From Phoronis australis (lineage: Eukaryota > Animalia > Phoronida): a DNA stretch of 64,000 bases. The stretch is taken from NCBI GenBank assembly GCA_002633005.1, contig NMRA01000748.1, positions 104,462 to 168,461 on the forward strand, given 5' to 3'. Shown in pieces: positions 50,511 through 63,205 of this stretch; position 1 is the first letter of the stretch, and the number at the start of each line of letters is the position of its first letter. The position numbers and the translations under genes are program-made. The notes beneath the pieces are model-generated. The model did not search any database and had not been told where the DNA came from. It saw only the letters and a program-made list of their open reading frames with translations.

Positions 50511-51214
50511 ATCCCCTGTTTCATGAAAATTAAGACAGAAATTTGATTTTACACTCCACAGAACTATTTTTGAGCAAAAATGCACACTCTTAAAAAGTAC
50601 ATAACTGGTAGTTGCTGAGATAATTTCAAGAAGTTATTTCTAAACTGTGATGCGCTCATAATCATGTGGCTCAGCCTTTATTTCACAACTGTCAAGTGGA
50701 ATAGGAAGACCAGATTAATTAAAGTCTTAAATCACTTTCATAAAACGTACCCCTGGAAATTATGCATCACGTTGACCAAAAAACTAAAGAACGAGAGATT
50801 AGGTGTGAACTGTGGCGCACGAGTCAAAACGTAGTTCATTACGCCGCTCGATTTCGTGAGCTGTCAGTTCAAAGCTTTAACTCACTGCAGGCTGTACTGA
50901 CCTCCCACCCCTTAGACTTCGTTCTCGGTTTCTGTGAAAATTTGTTCAAACACGGTTACTCAAGTACTGCCTTTCAGGGGTTCTCCCTCATCTATGGGGG
51001 GCGTAGGAAGTTGGTGCAAAACTGGCAACATTCAGAGAGAATAGGGAAGGGGGTTGAGGTTGTTGCAATAGGAATGGGGCAAAAGTTTGGTAAAGTGGAC
51101 TTGGTTTGTGCCCCATCAATCACAAACTTTATCTTGCTGCGGGCCTGTGTATCCCTGAAGATCAAACAGGTCAGAACTGGATATTGGCATTTTTTGTTTT
51201 GTAGAATTTAATTC

Positions 51215-51410
51215 AGAACTATGCAACAGAAATGCGTGAGGCGATGTACTGACTGTTTCGACTCATAAAGTACACAGTAAAAGTTTTGACTATTAGTCTA
51301 TATACCTAGAAACGCCTGCATCCCACGAGACTCGACGCGGTCTGTGGAGCACGAATTAACACGGGTTACTGAGGATAACTGGGTAATTGTAGGATGTCCA
51401 GTGCGCGTGA
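51215..51410 (+). pseudogene. 5'-truncated, frameshifted paralog of the cystine-knot gene
   Basis: KCVRRCTDC / IKYTVKVLT / IPRNACIPRDSTRSVEHEL...WVIVGC / QCA*; nucleotides cctgcatcccacga and ctgggtaa..g..ggatgtc match 56920-57010; the 3' flank is also similar. Confidence 0.85.
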
Positions 51411-54130
51411 CTATGATGACTGTCACTAGTCTGTGTAGCCAACTTGTCGTTTGTCTATATTTTGTAGTGATCTCGTTTCTCAATTACCTTTGTGGATTGT
51501 GTGTAATATTTAGTTACCTTTCAGATATGTATATGTTTTATTGTACTGTGAAATGAAAAACAAATACTTCTTTCATAATACGTACTGCGGTTTTTATCTT
51601 ATAATTGTAGAACACTACTGAAATTTAGGCGCTTTCTGCGCGCGTTACATACAGTGTTTGTTTTTTCAAGACGGTCATTGGGTGAGGAATCAGTGTAATA
51701 TAAGTAAAGAAACATACACACCTTATCCACATCGTCCAAATGAAATTAAGTTTTTATAGAGAAAGCAGTTTTTACATGACGTAATACGAATTCTAAATCT
51801 TTCCAGATATTCAAAAATCTATACTGACTCCATCGGAGTTATTAGAAAAGTATGACGTTTTCATGTAGTTAGGGGGACAATAGACGCAGATTCAGATTTC
51901 CCGAATATTTGTAGTTTGTTTGAAAAAGCTTAACAACATTGTGGTTAAATATTGAAAGACACGAAGCTTTAATAATACTGGCCAAACTTGGACATGAAGA
52001 CGTACACTAGTACAACGTGAAAAGGTTAGTGAGTAAGGATTATTCAAGCATGTCTAATTTAGTGTCGTACACCTTCCAAACAACAGGGTCCAGTGGACCC
52101 TAATTTCAAGTATTCGAGGTTCATTACACCAGTACAACAAAACGATATGAACACTAGTTGTCAAGGCCCTTGACAACTCTGTAGGCTTCTTGGCCGGAGG
52201 CATGACACGCAAACGCCGATCCTTTTCACTATTGTTCGATTGCGACACTAAACCAGACAACTATCATGACTACAATAGGATCTGCTTCTCACATTAAAAA
52301 CTTCTCTTCCGCTAATTTCAAGACATAACGTGGCATCCCGCATTACATGTGCCGTGAAATGGCAATTGCTCATATTAATAGTCACGAAAGCCGATAAAAC
52401 GAACAATTCACATGGCCCACTCACTGCTTAAGTTGTAGCGAACGCTGTGTTGATTTTAGTGTTCAACCCAGGTTGAGTTTTTGTGTTATTCATCCATGAA
52501 GAAGGCGCATGTTGAGATAATATGTGCGTTATCTTGGACAGTACAAGAACTGTTACACATGATTAGGTAAGACACCTATCTTTTGGTCGAAAATCTCCAA
52601 TCCCGGGACGAAAATTAATGTCAGGCACCACATGCCTTGAAAGCCTTGGATCACCGGTGGGGTTGTTGATACCGGTTCACCGATGATTGACAGCGGGTAA
52701 GTGCAGTTGCCAGAACCAGACTAATCGTTTGAAACTAACAAGTTACGCCACTGTCCAGCAATTGTGTTTTTGCCACTTTGTCACTCAAATAGAATTTACC
52801 GCCATCGCTCACTTGAAGCAGATATAACACTTTAAATAAAAATTAAAGCAAAATTTGTGGACTTATGACAAACCGGCAAGAGCAATTTTCCATAAATTCT
52901 TTTTGAGTTATTTTTGGTCTGTTAAAATGAAAAGGGTTGCCGCCACTTCTACTTTCGAAATGCCAAGTAGTATAGTTGCTAAAATGAAAACAAAGTGAAG
53001 CATTTTTAAACTTCATTTGGCTTGTATAATACAACTCTTCGAATGAATTGTAACGATTTACACTCACAAAAATGAAAAAGATACTATTAGATTATAAAGC
53101 ACTTCTTGAAAATATTTCGAAGTCACCTTTTGATGCTCAAAAGGTTGTGTGGTGGGACGGGTTCTCTCCCGTTAGCGCGAGTCACTATTCATATTCTGAT
53201 GTCCATTGTGACGTCTAATTGAAGATTATTCGTTGGATAGTCATTTGTAGGCAAATATCTATGCGGGTTCTCTGAAGACCTCGTGGTTTGAGGGAGTCTC
53301 CGACAGAAGCTTGTGAAGTGTGGCTGTATCATTGGTATAAGTACAATTTATGATTAAACTGCAGTCGCTCGTCTTATCATTTATTTGTGAAACGCGCGAA
53401 CCCGTGACAGTTGTAAAGCCTCGATTACCGCTAGAACGTCATTAAAATTGCCACAGAAAGGTGAAACTCTCTTTGATTTAAAGTATAGGGACCTTTTTTC
53501 ATATACAAAATATTACATTGAGATTACAGAAATTATGAGAATTGTTAGAAAACGAATTTTAATACTGAAACATAACCCTAAATCAGTTGTTCAATCACTA
53601 AACTGTGTGTGTTTCTAGGAGCACCTGCACTGGTTGAATGTTGTATGTATAGGTCTATGTACTTTCATTAATGACATTGTTGACGAGTAATGTTATTTTT
53701 TTAAATAAAAACAAATCAAACGCTGTAACTGTATTTAGCTTGTAGAATAGATCTGTTTCGAATACTGACATCGTGACAAAATGTATTCATTGGCAAAAAA
53801 CGAAGGTTAAAGAGGAACGCTTTTTGGAAAAAAAATAGTCATTTATTTGATGTTCCAGTGGTTGTTAAGTTTTGGTTATCCGATTCAAAACACTACTGAA
53901 CTGATCTTCAGACCCTAAGCGCCCACTCCTTGGGATAGCGCCCCTAATCGTTACTTCATGTCTTCCAGATATAGTTGTCCTTAGAGTTGTCTTCATAGTG
54001 GAGGAACGCCGCTTGGAGACAGATTTACTTCAATGTGTGTGACCCAAAGTCATCTTGTCATTTGTTTATGGAAAACCAGAAAGTCCTTCAGGGCACGACC
54101 ACTACATTAGTTTAACAGTGGATCTTCCTG

Positions 54131-54280
54131 GCGTGCGTTCAGTAACGCTAGGACTTACGCTAGGACCCAGCTAAAATCTAGCCAAAGTCACGTTTTCTCA
54201 TTTAAAATACACGGCAATATCTCGCGCAATCTCCCGAAGTCTTGCTTTTTAGCGAGGTCCTAGCGTTAGTGAACAGGAGG
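54131..54280. mobile_element. Small Harbinger-like MITE in the upstream region of the third paralog
   Basis: GTTCAGTAACGCTAGGAC (54137) / GTCCTAGCGTTAGTGAAC (54257), 1 mismatch; CTG on both flanks. Confidence 0.65.
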
Positions 54281-54612
54281 CTGGCCTTGAGCTACACAGA
54301 CAGCCAGGATTTTGAGTAACGGTTAAACTGAGCAATCAGGACGTATCATTCTTGACACACCTTCGTTTCCAAGCCGCCATTTTACCCGAAAAACAACAGA
54401 TTGCCGGGTAAAACTGATTGTTTGTTTGTCTACATTTCGCAAGGGGCGGAGCTCACCATATGCCTATTGTCCACACTTCTACAAAACCTTAACCATCCTG
54501 GCTACATACCATTTGATTACACGAGGCAACTCACGTAGGCCAACTTGCGATCTGACGAGGTGATTTCAGAGGAAAAAGCCGTAATATACCTCAGTGACCA
54601 GCTGGTAAGTTT

Positions 54613-54910
54613 CAGTGGCGGATCTAGGATATCATGAGGGGGGACCAACATGTTGTCTGGGGCAACAGCGAAAAGCCCGACTGCATGCGCGCAACCAAGG
54701 GGGGTGGCTCGAACTTTCGGGAAAGCGGAGATTCTGCTATCATTCGGAAGACTAAAAACCGTGGGAAACCCTCAACACATCGATGTTGTTTCTGCCTCAG
54801 GTTAATTACCGGGGTCAGTTAATATTTCAATATTTCGTCACGCTTTTGCCGATTTATTTTCTTCTTCGGCAGCCAAGGGGGGTTGCCGGGTCCCCTGGAC
54901 CCCCCAAATT
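54613..54910 (+). mobile_element. hAT-like MITE (CAGTGGCGGAT family); relatives at 59506-59772, 48355-48394 and 61924
   Basis: Shared start cagtggcggatct..gat and gggggg..caacatgttgtct; end cccccc(t/a)aaat. Confidence 0.6.
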
Positions 54911-56030
54911 CTCTATGAGTTTATAGTCACTATTTTCTTGAGTGCCTGCTAATTTGCAATGAGTGTGACATACACAGGAGCGTCAGTGTACAAATTCTTT
55001 CAACTAAACACGTGTTTGACTTGTTTTGAGCCATGTTCGTAAACCATGATCAATGTTAAGTTGGACTGAGTTTTCATTGCTTCACAAGACGAATGCAACA
55101 GCGTTGCGTTATGATACGTATTTTTCTTTTCCTTTTGCAGTAAAGCGAGAGTGTCATGCTCAACAAGTGTGAATTATGTGTTTTCTGTAAATTAAGGAAA
55201 AGGAAAACAAGGATTTGAAAACAAAACGTGCAATTTGCTCAATCTTCTATTTTTTGCTGAGAGAGAAACCTGTTCTGAAACATAAATTATGCAAAGCATC
55301 TTGTTTGTCTTATTTAAACAGAGTCATTCATATAGTAGTGAGAGGTGATTTCGTTCGGTACAATGCCTTTCCTCTGAATCTACAATTTCTCTTAATTATT
55401 ACCAATAAACTATTATTAAATTTTACGCCTTAATAAAATACTTTCTAGCGTTTTCTGGGATTTACTACAATTATTTTGATATATATACTTTTCGTCATTA
55501 ACAGTAAAAACATATGTGACGTTTAATGCTTAATTCTCATTTACTTATATCAAATTGTTCAAGATATTTAGAAGTACAAGCGCATCCCTGCCTAATGATC
55601 AATTTCTAACTTCATAAAAATGGAGGCTCAAAGTTGAAGTAAAAATGTCACCGTCTTATTTCACAGCCATCACAGTTTAGTTAGTGTAACACTTTTTTGG
55701 GCCGAAACACATTTTTGAAATTACTGTTGGTAAAATGTTATAAGCTTTGACGAAAGCAATAGAACAAAAGATGTTTCTGTCATTTAATTACAAATCGAGA
55801 ATTCTCGCTATTGCTTGCCGGTCAATCACCAATATCCATGCCAATTAATGCTCCCCGCATTAAACCGGTTCATTTTTGAAAAAAGTAAAATTGATTTAGG
55901 ACACTTTAAACAATAAAATCTGTCTCAAAATGTTTTTTAGTTAAACTGGATATGACTTCGGGGCTTCAGCCAAATAAATGACTGTTCGGTTAACTTCAAA
56001 CCAAGCTCATAAAATTTCAGACTTTTCAAT

Positions 56031-56618
56031 AGCTAGGACCGAAGAAATAATGAATTTCCATTTCTGCTAGAGCCCAGAAATCACTTCCAAAATGGGCAGG
56101 GGATAAAAGAACATGACCTAATTTTATAACGGCGTCTCGTCTATGTAATGCCTAATACGCTGGCGTATTTTCAGAGTATGGATGTTCAACGATGTATTGT
56201 ATTTCAAGTGATGATCTTCGCATCTTGTGCTGCTCTTGACATCAACATTAATCAGAGATCTTTATCCCTTTTTAACCCATATTGCGGGACTGAGAGGTCA
56301 CGTGCCAAGCGCGAGGAGCAAGAAAATAGCTAGGACCGAAGAAATAATGAAGTTCCATTTCCACCCAGAAATCGCTTCCAAAATGGACAGGGAACAAACG
56401 AATATGACCTAATTTTATAATGATGTCTCGTCTATGTAATGCCCAATACAGTGGACTATTTTCAGAATATGGACGTTCAACGATGTCTTTTAGTTCAAAC
56501 GATAATTATGGCATCTTGTCCTGCCCTTGTGATTAACATTAATCAGAGATCTTAATCACTTCTTGTCCCATATTGCGGGACTGAGAGGTAACGTGACAAG
56601 CGCGAGGATCAAGAAAAT
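56031..56618 (+). repeat. ~297-bp tandem duplication covering the intron end and 5' part of the coding exon of the third paralog
   Basis: agctaggaccgaagaaataatgaa at 56031 and 56328; two acceptor+ATG copies (56178, 56469). Confidence 0.9.
56178..56333 (+). CDS. Open 51-aa truncated ORF: signal peptide + PYC + RAKR (MDVQRCIVFQVMIFASCAALDININQRSLSLFNPYCGTERSRAKREEQENS*)
   Basis: Follows acceptor tattttcag; homologous to the N-terminus of the 49075 protein; the stop is created at the duplication junction. Confidence 0.45.
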   Translation: MDVQRCIVFQVMIFASCAALDININQRSLSLFNPYCGTERSRAKREEQENS

Positions 56619-57070
56619 CAAAGCTTCGATCGTAAACAACACAATTCCGCTGTACGAACTGAAATGTATACTTCAAGCAGAATGCAATCAACCATCCCAA
56701 TGGCTGTTTTTGGCGCCCCCAATACTTCTAACTCCGGCCATTCCATTCGGCCCAAAAGACAACCCTTACAGACAAGAGGATGTCGATTTATTGATGGTTC
56801 ATAGGCTATGTTTATGGGACATTGGAGCTTCCCGGAATGTTTACAGGACGCTGTGGTTTGTCATCACTAGAGTGTCGACCCTTAGAGTACAGACAAAGAG
56901 CTATGACTTTATCGCCAAATACCTGCATCCCACGAAACGCATCGTGGTCTATCGAGTACGAATTACACTGGACCGCACTGCACATCTGGGTAACTGCTGG
57001 ATGTCAGTGCGGGCTTTCGACGGCCATGACGACGACTCCCATTAGATGCGCGCAGCAGCTTGTCCTTTAA
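56469..57070 (+). pseudogene. Full-length but disabled paralog of the cystine-knot gene
   Basis: Two in-frame TAA stops in the N-terminal part, IPMAVFGA and RPKR retained, frameshift after GCRFIDG, knot Cys II replaced (FTGRC), then ECRP..TCIPR..W..VTAGCQC; AATAAA at 57295. Confidence 0.9.
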
Positions 57071-57440
57071 TTGTCCGAACAACTGTACATATTTCTTGAA
57101 CTTGTTCAGTTACCTTGTGTAGACTGTATGTTGTGATACTTTCCGGCAATTGTATTTTGATACCACACTTTCATACCACAGTCCTATAGATATCAGTATG
57201 GCTGTGCGTTGTACTAGATACGTATTTTGAATTGAATTTTGTTACCGACACTTTCACATCACGTTGTCCTAGATATGAGTATGCTATGCTTTGAAATAAA
57301 CTTGTATACGCATATCAAGTTTCATATTACGCTGGGTGTTCTAAATTTTTGCACTGAGACTCCGAGGCCTTCTAAATCCGTACGGTTACTGGCAGGTTGT
57401 TGAACGTCACGACGACCGGGCCAGGAATCGCTTTAACATA

Positions 57441-60400
57441 TTTTTATGCGCCCACATATTTATATGTGGACGCATTAGCCTATGCCGTCATCTCCGTCCG
57501 TCCGGCATCTGTCCAGCGTCCGACGTCCGCTGCTCTATCTCCAAGACGCACGTTCATGAAAAATTGCACATAGTGTTCCTTTCATGAATGCGACGGCATT
57601 AGCGAACTCATTGGACGGACCCGACTACCGATGTGCCACCTAGTGGCAGTTTTAGTATTTACGTTTACCTCTGTAGGCCTATCTTCAAAGGACCTCAACG
57701 CTATTTTCATAAATTTTGTCATATACGGCAACTGTTAGCTTGATGACACTATCCTCCCGTCTTCGAATGGATTCGACGTAGTTTGCGCATCCAAGTGGCC
57801 ATTTTGCTGTTTTTGAATCTGTTTTTTTGGTGTCCACCCCTCTAACAAAACCGCTCTAAGGATTAGTGTGTATATTGGCATGTATGTTCTTACTATGAAG
57901 AGTACTGCTGACGATGATGTTCCGATGATTTAGACTACAGTGCCGCCTCTTAGTGGCAGGTTTGTTTTTTTTTGCCCCCATTTCTTTATCTCCTAAACCG
58001 TTCGCAGGATGTTTACTAGTAAATTTAGCAAGTGTATTTATATGATCTTGACTACGGATGACGACGGCTTTCGGGCGAATCTGACAACCATTGTGCCCTC
58101 TAGATGCAATTTTAGTTTTTTACGTTCACCAATGTATCTTCAAAGGTCCTCCACGTATTTTCATAAAATTTGGCTTATAGACATCTATTAGTGAGATTAC
58201 GTTATCTTCAGGTTTTCGGATGGATTCGACGTAGTTTGAGCTAACTAGTGGACTTTTACTGTTGTCGAGTCTGTTTTTTGTCATTCACCCCTCTATCAAC
58301 AAAACCGTTCTAAGGATGATTGTGGAAATTGGCATGTATATTCTTACTACGAAAAGGTCGGCTGACGATGCTTTTCCGATGATTTCGAGTACTGTGGCGC
58401 CTCCTAGAGGCAGTTTTGTGTTTTTGCGCCCCTTAGATACAATATTATAACACAAGTTGTTAGCCTTCTTAAACAAACACAATACCACTCACTCATGAAA
58501 CCTCCCAAGACGTTTAGAAAATAAAAGATCCATATGATATTCGCATTTTTGTAGGATTCCTTAACCTCCGGCGATGTTTGTATAATATTAAATTCAATAC
58601 AAGTGAGTCTGAAAGCTTGCCTAACAGTTCATTTAAGGGGTGAACATGAAAAACGGGCAGGGATTTCACTCTCGCACACGCACACACACACACTCGTTCA
58701 CACACTTCAACATTCAATAGAAATAACACAAAAAATATATAAATTAAATATACAACAGATTCTTTCACGACAGCACTCAGGCTCTCCCACATTCTAATTT
58801 TTGAAAATTAAATTATTTACTTTAAACATATTTGAACATGATTAACTTAAAATCAGACCAGTCCGGACGCAACTGCTGTTGGTTACGTAAATAAAGAAGT
58901 TATTGAATGGGTGACAATGATAACAGGGAGAATTCAGCAAAACCCGAATGGCAAAACCTTGATTCATTCTCAGTTGTCTTGACAACGGACGACGATGACT
59001 TTCAGACGGATCCAACTACCGGCGTCCCCCTAGTGGCAATTCCATTTTTACGTTCCCTCTGCTTTTCTGAAGTTAATTGACTGATTTTGTTTTGCGCCCA
59101 CATGTTTATATGTGGACGCAGTATGCCGTCATCCCCGTTTGTCCGGTGTCCGGCGTCCGCTGCTCTATTTCCAAAACCCTTTGGCGTACGTTCATGAAAT
59201 TTTGCACACATGTTCTTTTGATGGTTGGGACGGCATGAGCGAATTGCATTGTAGTGGCAATTTTATTTTTTACGTTTACCTCTGAATCTTCGAAGGTTCT
59301 TAACGTATTTCCATAAAATTTGGTATACAGGCATCTACATTAGTGTGGTGACGCTATCATCCCGTTTTGGAGTACATTCGAGGAAGAGATGATGCTATCC
59401 TCCCATTCGGATGGAATTGATGTACTTTGCGCCACCTAGTGGTAATTTTTGCTGTTTCAAGTCTGTAGTATTTGGCGTCCACCCCTCGATCAAGCAAACC
59501 ATTGTCAGTGGCGGATCTCGGATACCATAAGGGGGGGCAACATGTTGTCTCGTGGAATCGGGGAAAGCGCGACTGTATGTGCAGCACAGGCCCGAAGGTG
59601 CGGGAGCCGGGTATGTGAACCTTCTGTTCGTAAAATCTGCCGGTGGACTACAAAAAAAAACAAAAAAACGGGAACGCCGCGGGACCCCGCTTCACGCTGT
59701 GGCTGTTCATTTGTGCTTACCGTAACCAAGGGGGGCGGGGGCGGGTCAACTGACCCCCCCTAAATCCGCCTTAGAATTTCTAAGGATGATTTTGAAAATT
59801 GGCGTATATTTGCTCAGTGTGAAGAGGACGGTTGACGATGACGAATTAGACTAACGTGGCGCCTCGTAGTTGTAGTTTTGTTTTGTTTTGCGCCCATAGC
59901 TGCATCTTCTTAACCCACTGCAGGGTCGTTTTTAAATTTACTAATCGTAAAGCTAACAACAGACGACGACGTCTTTCAGGTGGATCTAACGAACGCTGTG
60001 CCCCATGGTGGCAATTTCATTTTTTCCGTTTTTCTTCGTTTCTCTAAAGTTCCTTACCAGATTTTTATCAAATTTGGTACAAAGCTTTCTATTATAGAAG
60101 CAATGGCATGTTACCGTTTTTAGTTGGATTGAACGTTTTTGCGCCATCTAGTGGCCATTTTTATGAAACAAACAACCCTGGAAGCACACCGTTTGCGGTG
60201 CATTCGTGGACGCATATCAACGCATTGCGCTGCTTTTGTTATGAAATTGGGAAAATAGCTTTCTATTATAAAGAAACAATGACATGTTCCCGTTTTTTGG
60301 ATAGATTCGACATATTTTGTGTCATTTTGTGGCCTTTTTACTGTTTTCTAATCCTTTTATGGGGCGTCCGATCCTCTATCAACGAGACCACTCTAGGGAT

Positions 60401-60590
60401 AATTTTGAAAATTGGCGTGCATGTTTCTGCTATGTAGATGACGGCTTATGATCATTTTTGGTCAACTCGGACTACTGTGGTGCCTACTAGCGGCATTTTT
60501 TGCGTCTATTGCTCTGTGCAGGGTGTATTAAAATGAAATTGACAACGGACAACGACATTTGGTTCGATGCGACTACCACTTTGCCCCCTC
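57441..60590 (-). mobile_element. Minus-strand HINE array of the CCACTAGG family with nested insertions
   Basis: 3' hairpins at 57441-57475 and ~59090-59125; 5' end at ~60240; insertions at 58432-58975 and 59506-59772. Confidence 0.8.
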
Positions 60591-60599
60591 GTGCATGGC

Positions 60600-60945
60600 T
60601 TTCTGTGTTTCGATAGGATTACGTGTTCCCCACCTTGAGTTGCATTCACACTATCTGCTTGAATGCCCCTCTTTCCGCTGTCTTCACTGTTTATTTCGCT
60701 CTGTGTATGTTCATTGCACTCATTGCCTGAGGGCGTGACATGAAGTCACGAAACTAGCTACTCTTCTTATTTGTTTGTTTGTTTGTTATGTCTCTCGGTC
60801 TTTTACTTCATACCTGCACAACAGAAGAAAGAGGAGTGTTCCGAAATTACGACGGTACCAGTATCAAGTTCGCTAACCATGAAAAAGTCTAGTTGGGTCT
60901 TTAACAAAGTTTGTGTTAACGAAGGACTACTACCGAACTACACTG
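60600..60945 (+). mobile_element. Penelope-like element pLTR / ORF-start fragment with a degenerate hammerhead motif
   Basis: CTGAGGG-C-GTGAC-atgaa-GTCAC-GAAAC at 60727-60754, then ATG 60788 MSLGLLLHTCTTEERGVFRNY..., frameshift, VFNKVCVNEGLLPNYT, resembling Penelope-like ORF N-termini. Confidence 0.6.
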
Positions 60946-61263
60946 AAACAAGTAGTGGTGCCTTGTGTCAAAAATCGGGACATTTAGATGGTGTGGCGGT
61001 ATTGCAGAAAAAATGTAAAACGTGTGACAGTGCGCCAAGAGCAGTACAATTGGCAAATACACTGTGCACTGTTAGTAACACAAAGTACTAGATTGGGTTC
61101 TTTTTCAAGATAAACTCAATTTTTATGTCATGGGTATAGGTAAGTACTACAGATAAACGTGGCCCTACTTCTCAGAAGTCAAATTAACAAAAAACGGCAT
61201 CTGGGCAACAGTTTAACATTGCACAAATGAATTATTATAGTTACAATTGAAAACAATAGTAAA

Positions 61264-61286
61264 ACACACACACACACACACACACT
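61264..61286. repeat. (CA)n microsatellite
   Basis: Direct reading. Confidence 0.95.
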
Positions 61287-62583
61287 TAGCTAAGCAATTA
61301 TGAGTAACTTTTCGAAAGTTAGGTAAACACACCTGCTTTCAGGGCATAAACTTTTCATTTAGGCCAAATGTAACAGTAACTTCTTTCTGTAAAATACTGT
61401 AAACTGATTTAAGCACCCAAACATGTCTTGAAGAAAAACTCTTGGCACATGTAGTATCATAGATTGTCAATTGTGGTTCTACAACTGGAGCTGAAAAAAT
61501 TTCGGAAGCAAACTACACATGGCATCCAACCAGGGCCACAAACCAGTGCCCATGAAGAATGACCAATGTAATTGCCAGGTTTGTGACTATTATTGCCGAG
61601 ATCTCTCTGTGTGTATGGTTCGAACGTACGTCCAGAGTCTCGCCTGACGAGCAATGATAACAAATGAAACAATGAAAGTAGGCTTGGTTTGATAAGTACA
61701 ACCCTCGACCAAAACTCATTCGAGCAGGCAGCTGAAAATTCTGAGTGCACACTCTCCCAGGAAGTCTCATAGTCGTAAGACCCAGTGCTGAAGTGGTAAA
61801 ATTAGAGGTAAATAGGCGCTCAAAGCCTTGAGCACTGAAGTTTGAAAGTGCACTGAGTTCGCAAAACCTCATAAACATGTAGCCCTATTTTTTACTCACG
61901 AGTGGGTATTTACTTCGAGACTGCAGTGGCGAATTTAGGATGTCGCAGAAAGGGGGCCAACCACACATATAGGAAGGGGGCCCAAACACAATTATAACCA
62001 AAATAGGCGCGTAATGCCCAGAAACGATATGCTGACAGTGTTTTAGTCGCCCGTGTGGTGTGTCCTCGGGTCATTCGATCGTCTGTTCATTATCCGATTC
62101 ATTTCGTTGAATCCTCGTTCAAATTCAGCTGTACTGCAAAGAAGAGTCTCAATGCATCGTGTAAAAAGATGGTTGGCTGCTCCTACGAGCGCCTACGTCC
62201 CACTATAACGTAACATATGGTGCGTAGGCGCTACGTTCAGGTGGTTGACAGCGCCTATGCGGCGTCAACCCCCCAATACAGCACTGTCTCAAGGTCAATT
62301 CAGTGCTCAGGCGCGGAGAAATCTTGCTGACTTTTATTTTCAAACATTTTTTAAGTTTTAATATTACAACTTCAAAAACTATTTATTAGATTCTAATTTC
62401 AATATTTGCTACGAACGCTGAATGCAATTTACAATTGATGGGGCATGATACGACCGGATCCTCGTCACGCTCTATCGCCATTTTCGCCGATGTGTGGGGA
62501 CTATTCACCCTAACCCTTTTCTCCCGTCCGTCATATTTTTGTGTCTGTGATGCCCGTCACTGTATTCCTCACCTTTGGTGACC

Positions 62584-62810
62584 GTGTCACCTCTTTGGCA
62601 CTGTGTGCCCCTAGTGTTGCGTCTGTGACGCCTGGCACCGTGTGCCTCATTTATGCGTGACTGTGTCACTTCTTTGGCACTGTGTGCCACTAGTGTTGCG
62701 TCTGTGACGCCTGGCACTGTGTGCCTCATTTATGTGTGACTGTGTCACCTCTTTGGCACTGTGTGCCCCTACGTTCCATCTGTAACCCCAGGCACTGTGT
62801 GCCTTCTGTT
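62584..62810 (+). repeat. 79-bp tandem repeat (~2.8 copies) with palindromic GGCAC-nGT-GTGCC motifs, in the leader of the DIRS/Ngaro element
   Basis: gtgtcac(c/t)tctttggcactgtgtgcc at 62584, 62663 and 62742. Confidence 0.9.
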
Positions 62811-63205
62811 GGGCGCCTATTTCTCCTGTGGAGCCCTGTGTCCTTTCCCCTCCACCCCATCATTAGTACTTTGTTGCACTGTGTGCCTTATCTTCCCCTC
62901 CCCCTGACTCTTTTCAGTTTTTCTCCTCCCTCCCCTTGGGGATCCCTGTTTTTCTGTCCATGGACCTTGGGCCCTGGGTCCCCCTTTTCGGGCTTCCTCT
63001 ACGTCTCTCCCCATGTCCCCCGTTTCCCACCCCTTCCTTGGGGTTCTGTTCTTACCTGTCCTTCCTTCCCCGCCACCTTTCTCCCTTATACATCCCACGT
63101 TTCGCTCGATTGTGTTCCACCTCTAGGGTTCGGCCACCCCTTCCCGGGGCGGTCGTTCCCCTTTTCTGCATCAGTATCTCTGCCGCTCCGTTTTTTCTTT
63201 TTCAG

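Noticed and set aside
50762-51211. 149-aa ORF as the 5' part of paralog 2
   Set aside because: No signal peptide, PYC or IPMxxFGA motif and no similarity to the other copies.
62584-62890. CRISPR-like spaced palindromic repeats
   Set aside because: The intervening sequences repeat too (79-bp period), there are no cas genes, and the context is a eukaryotic retroelement.
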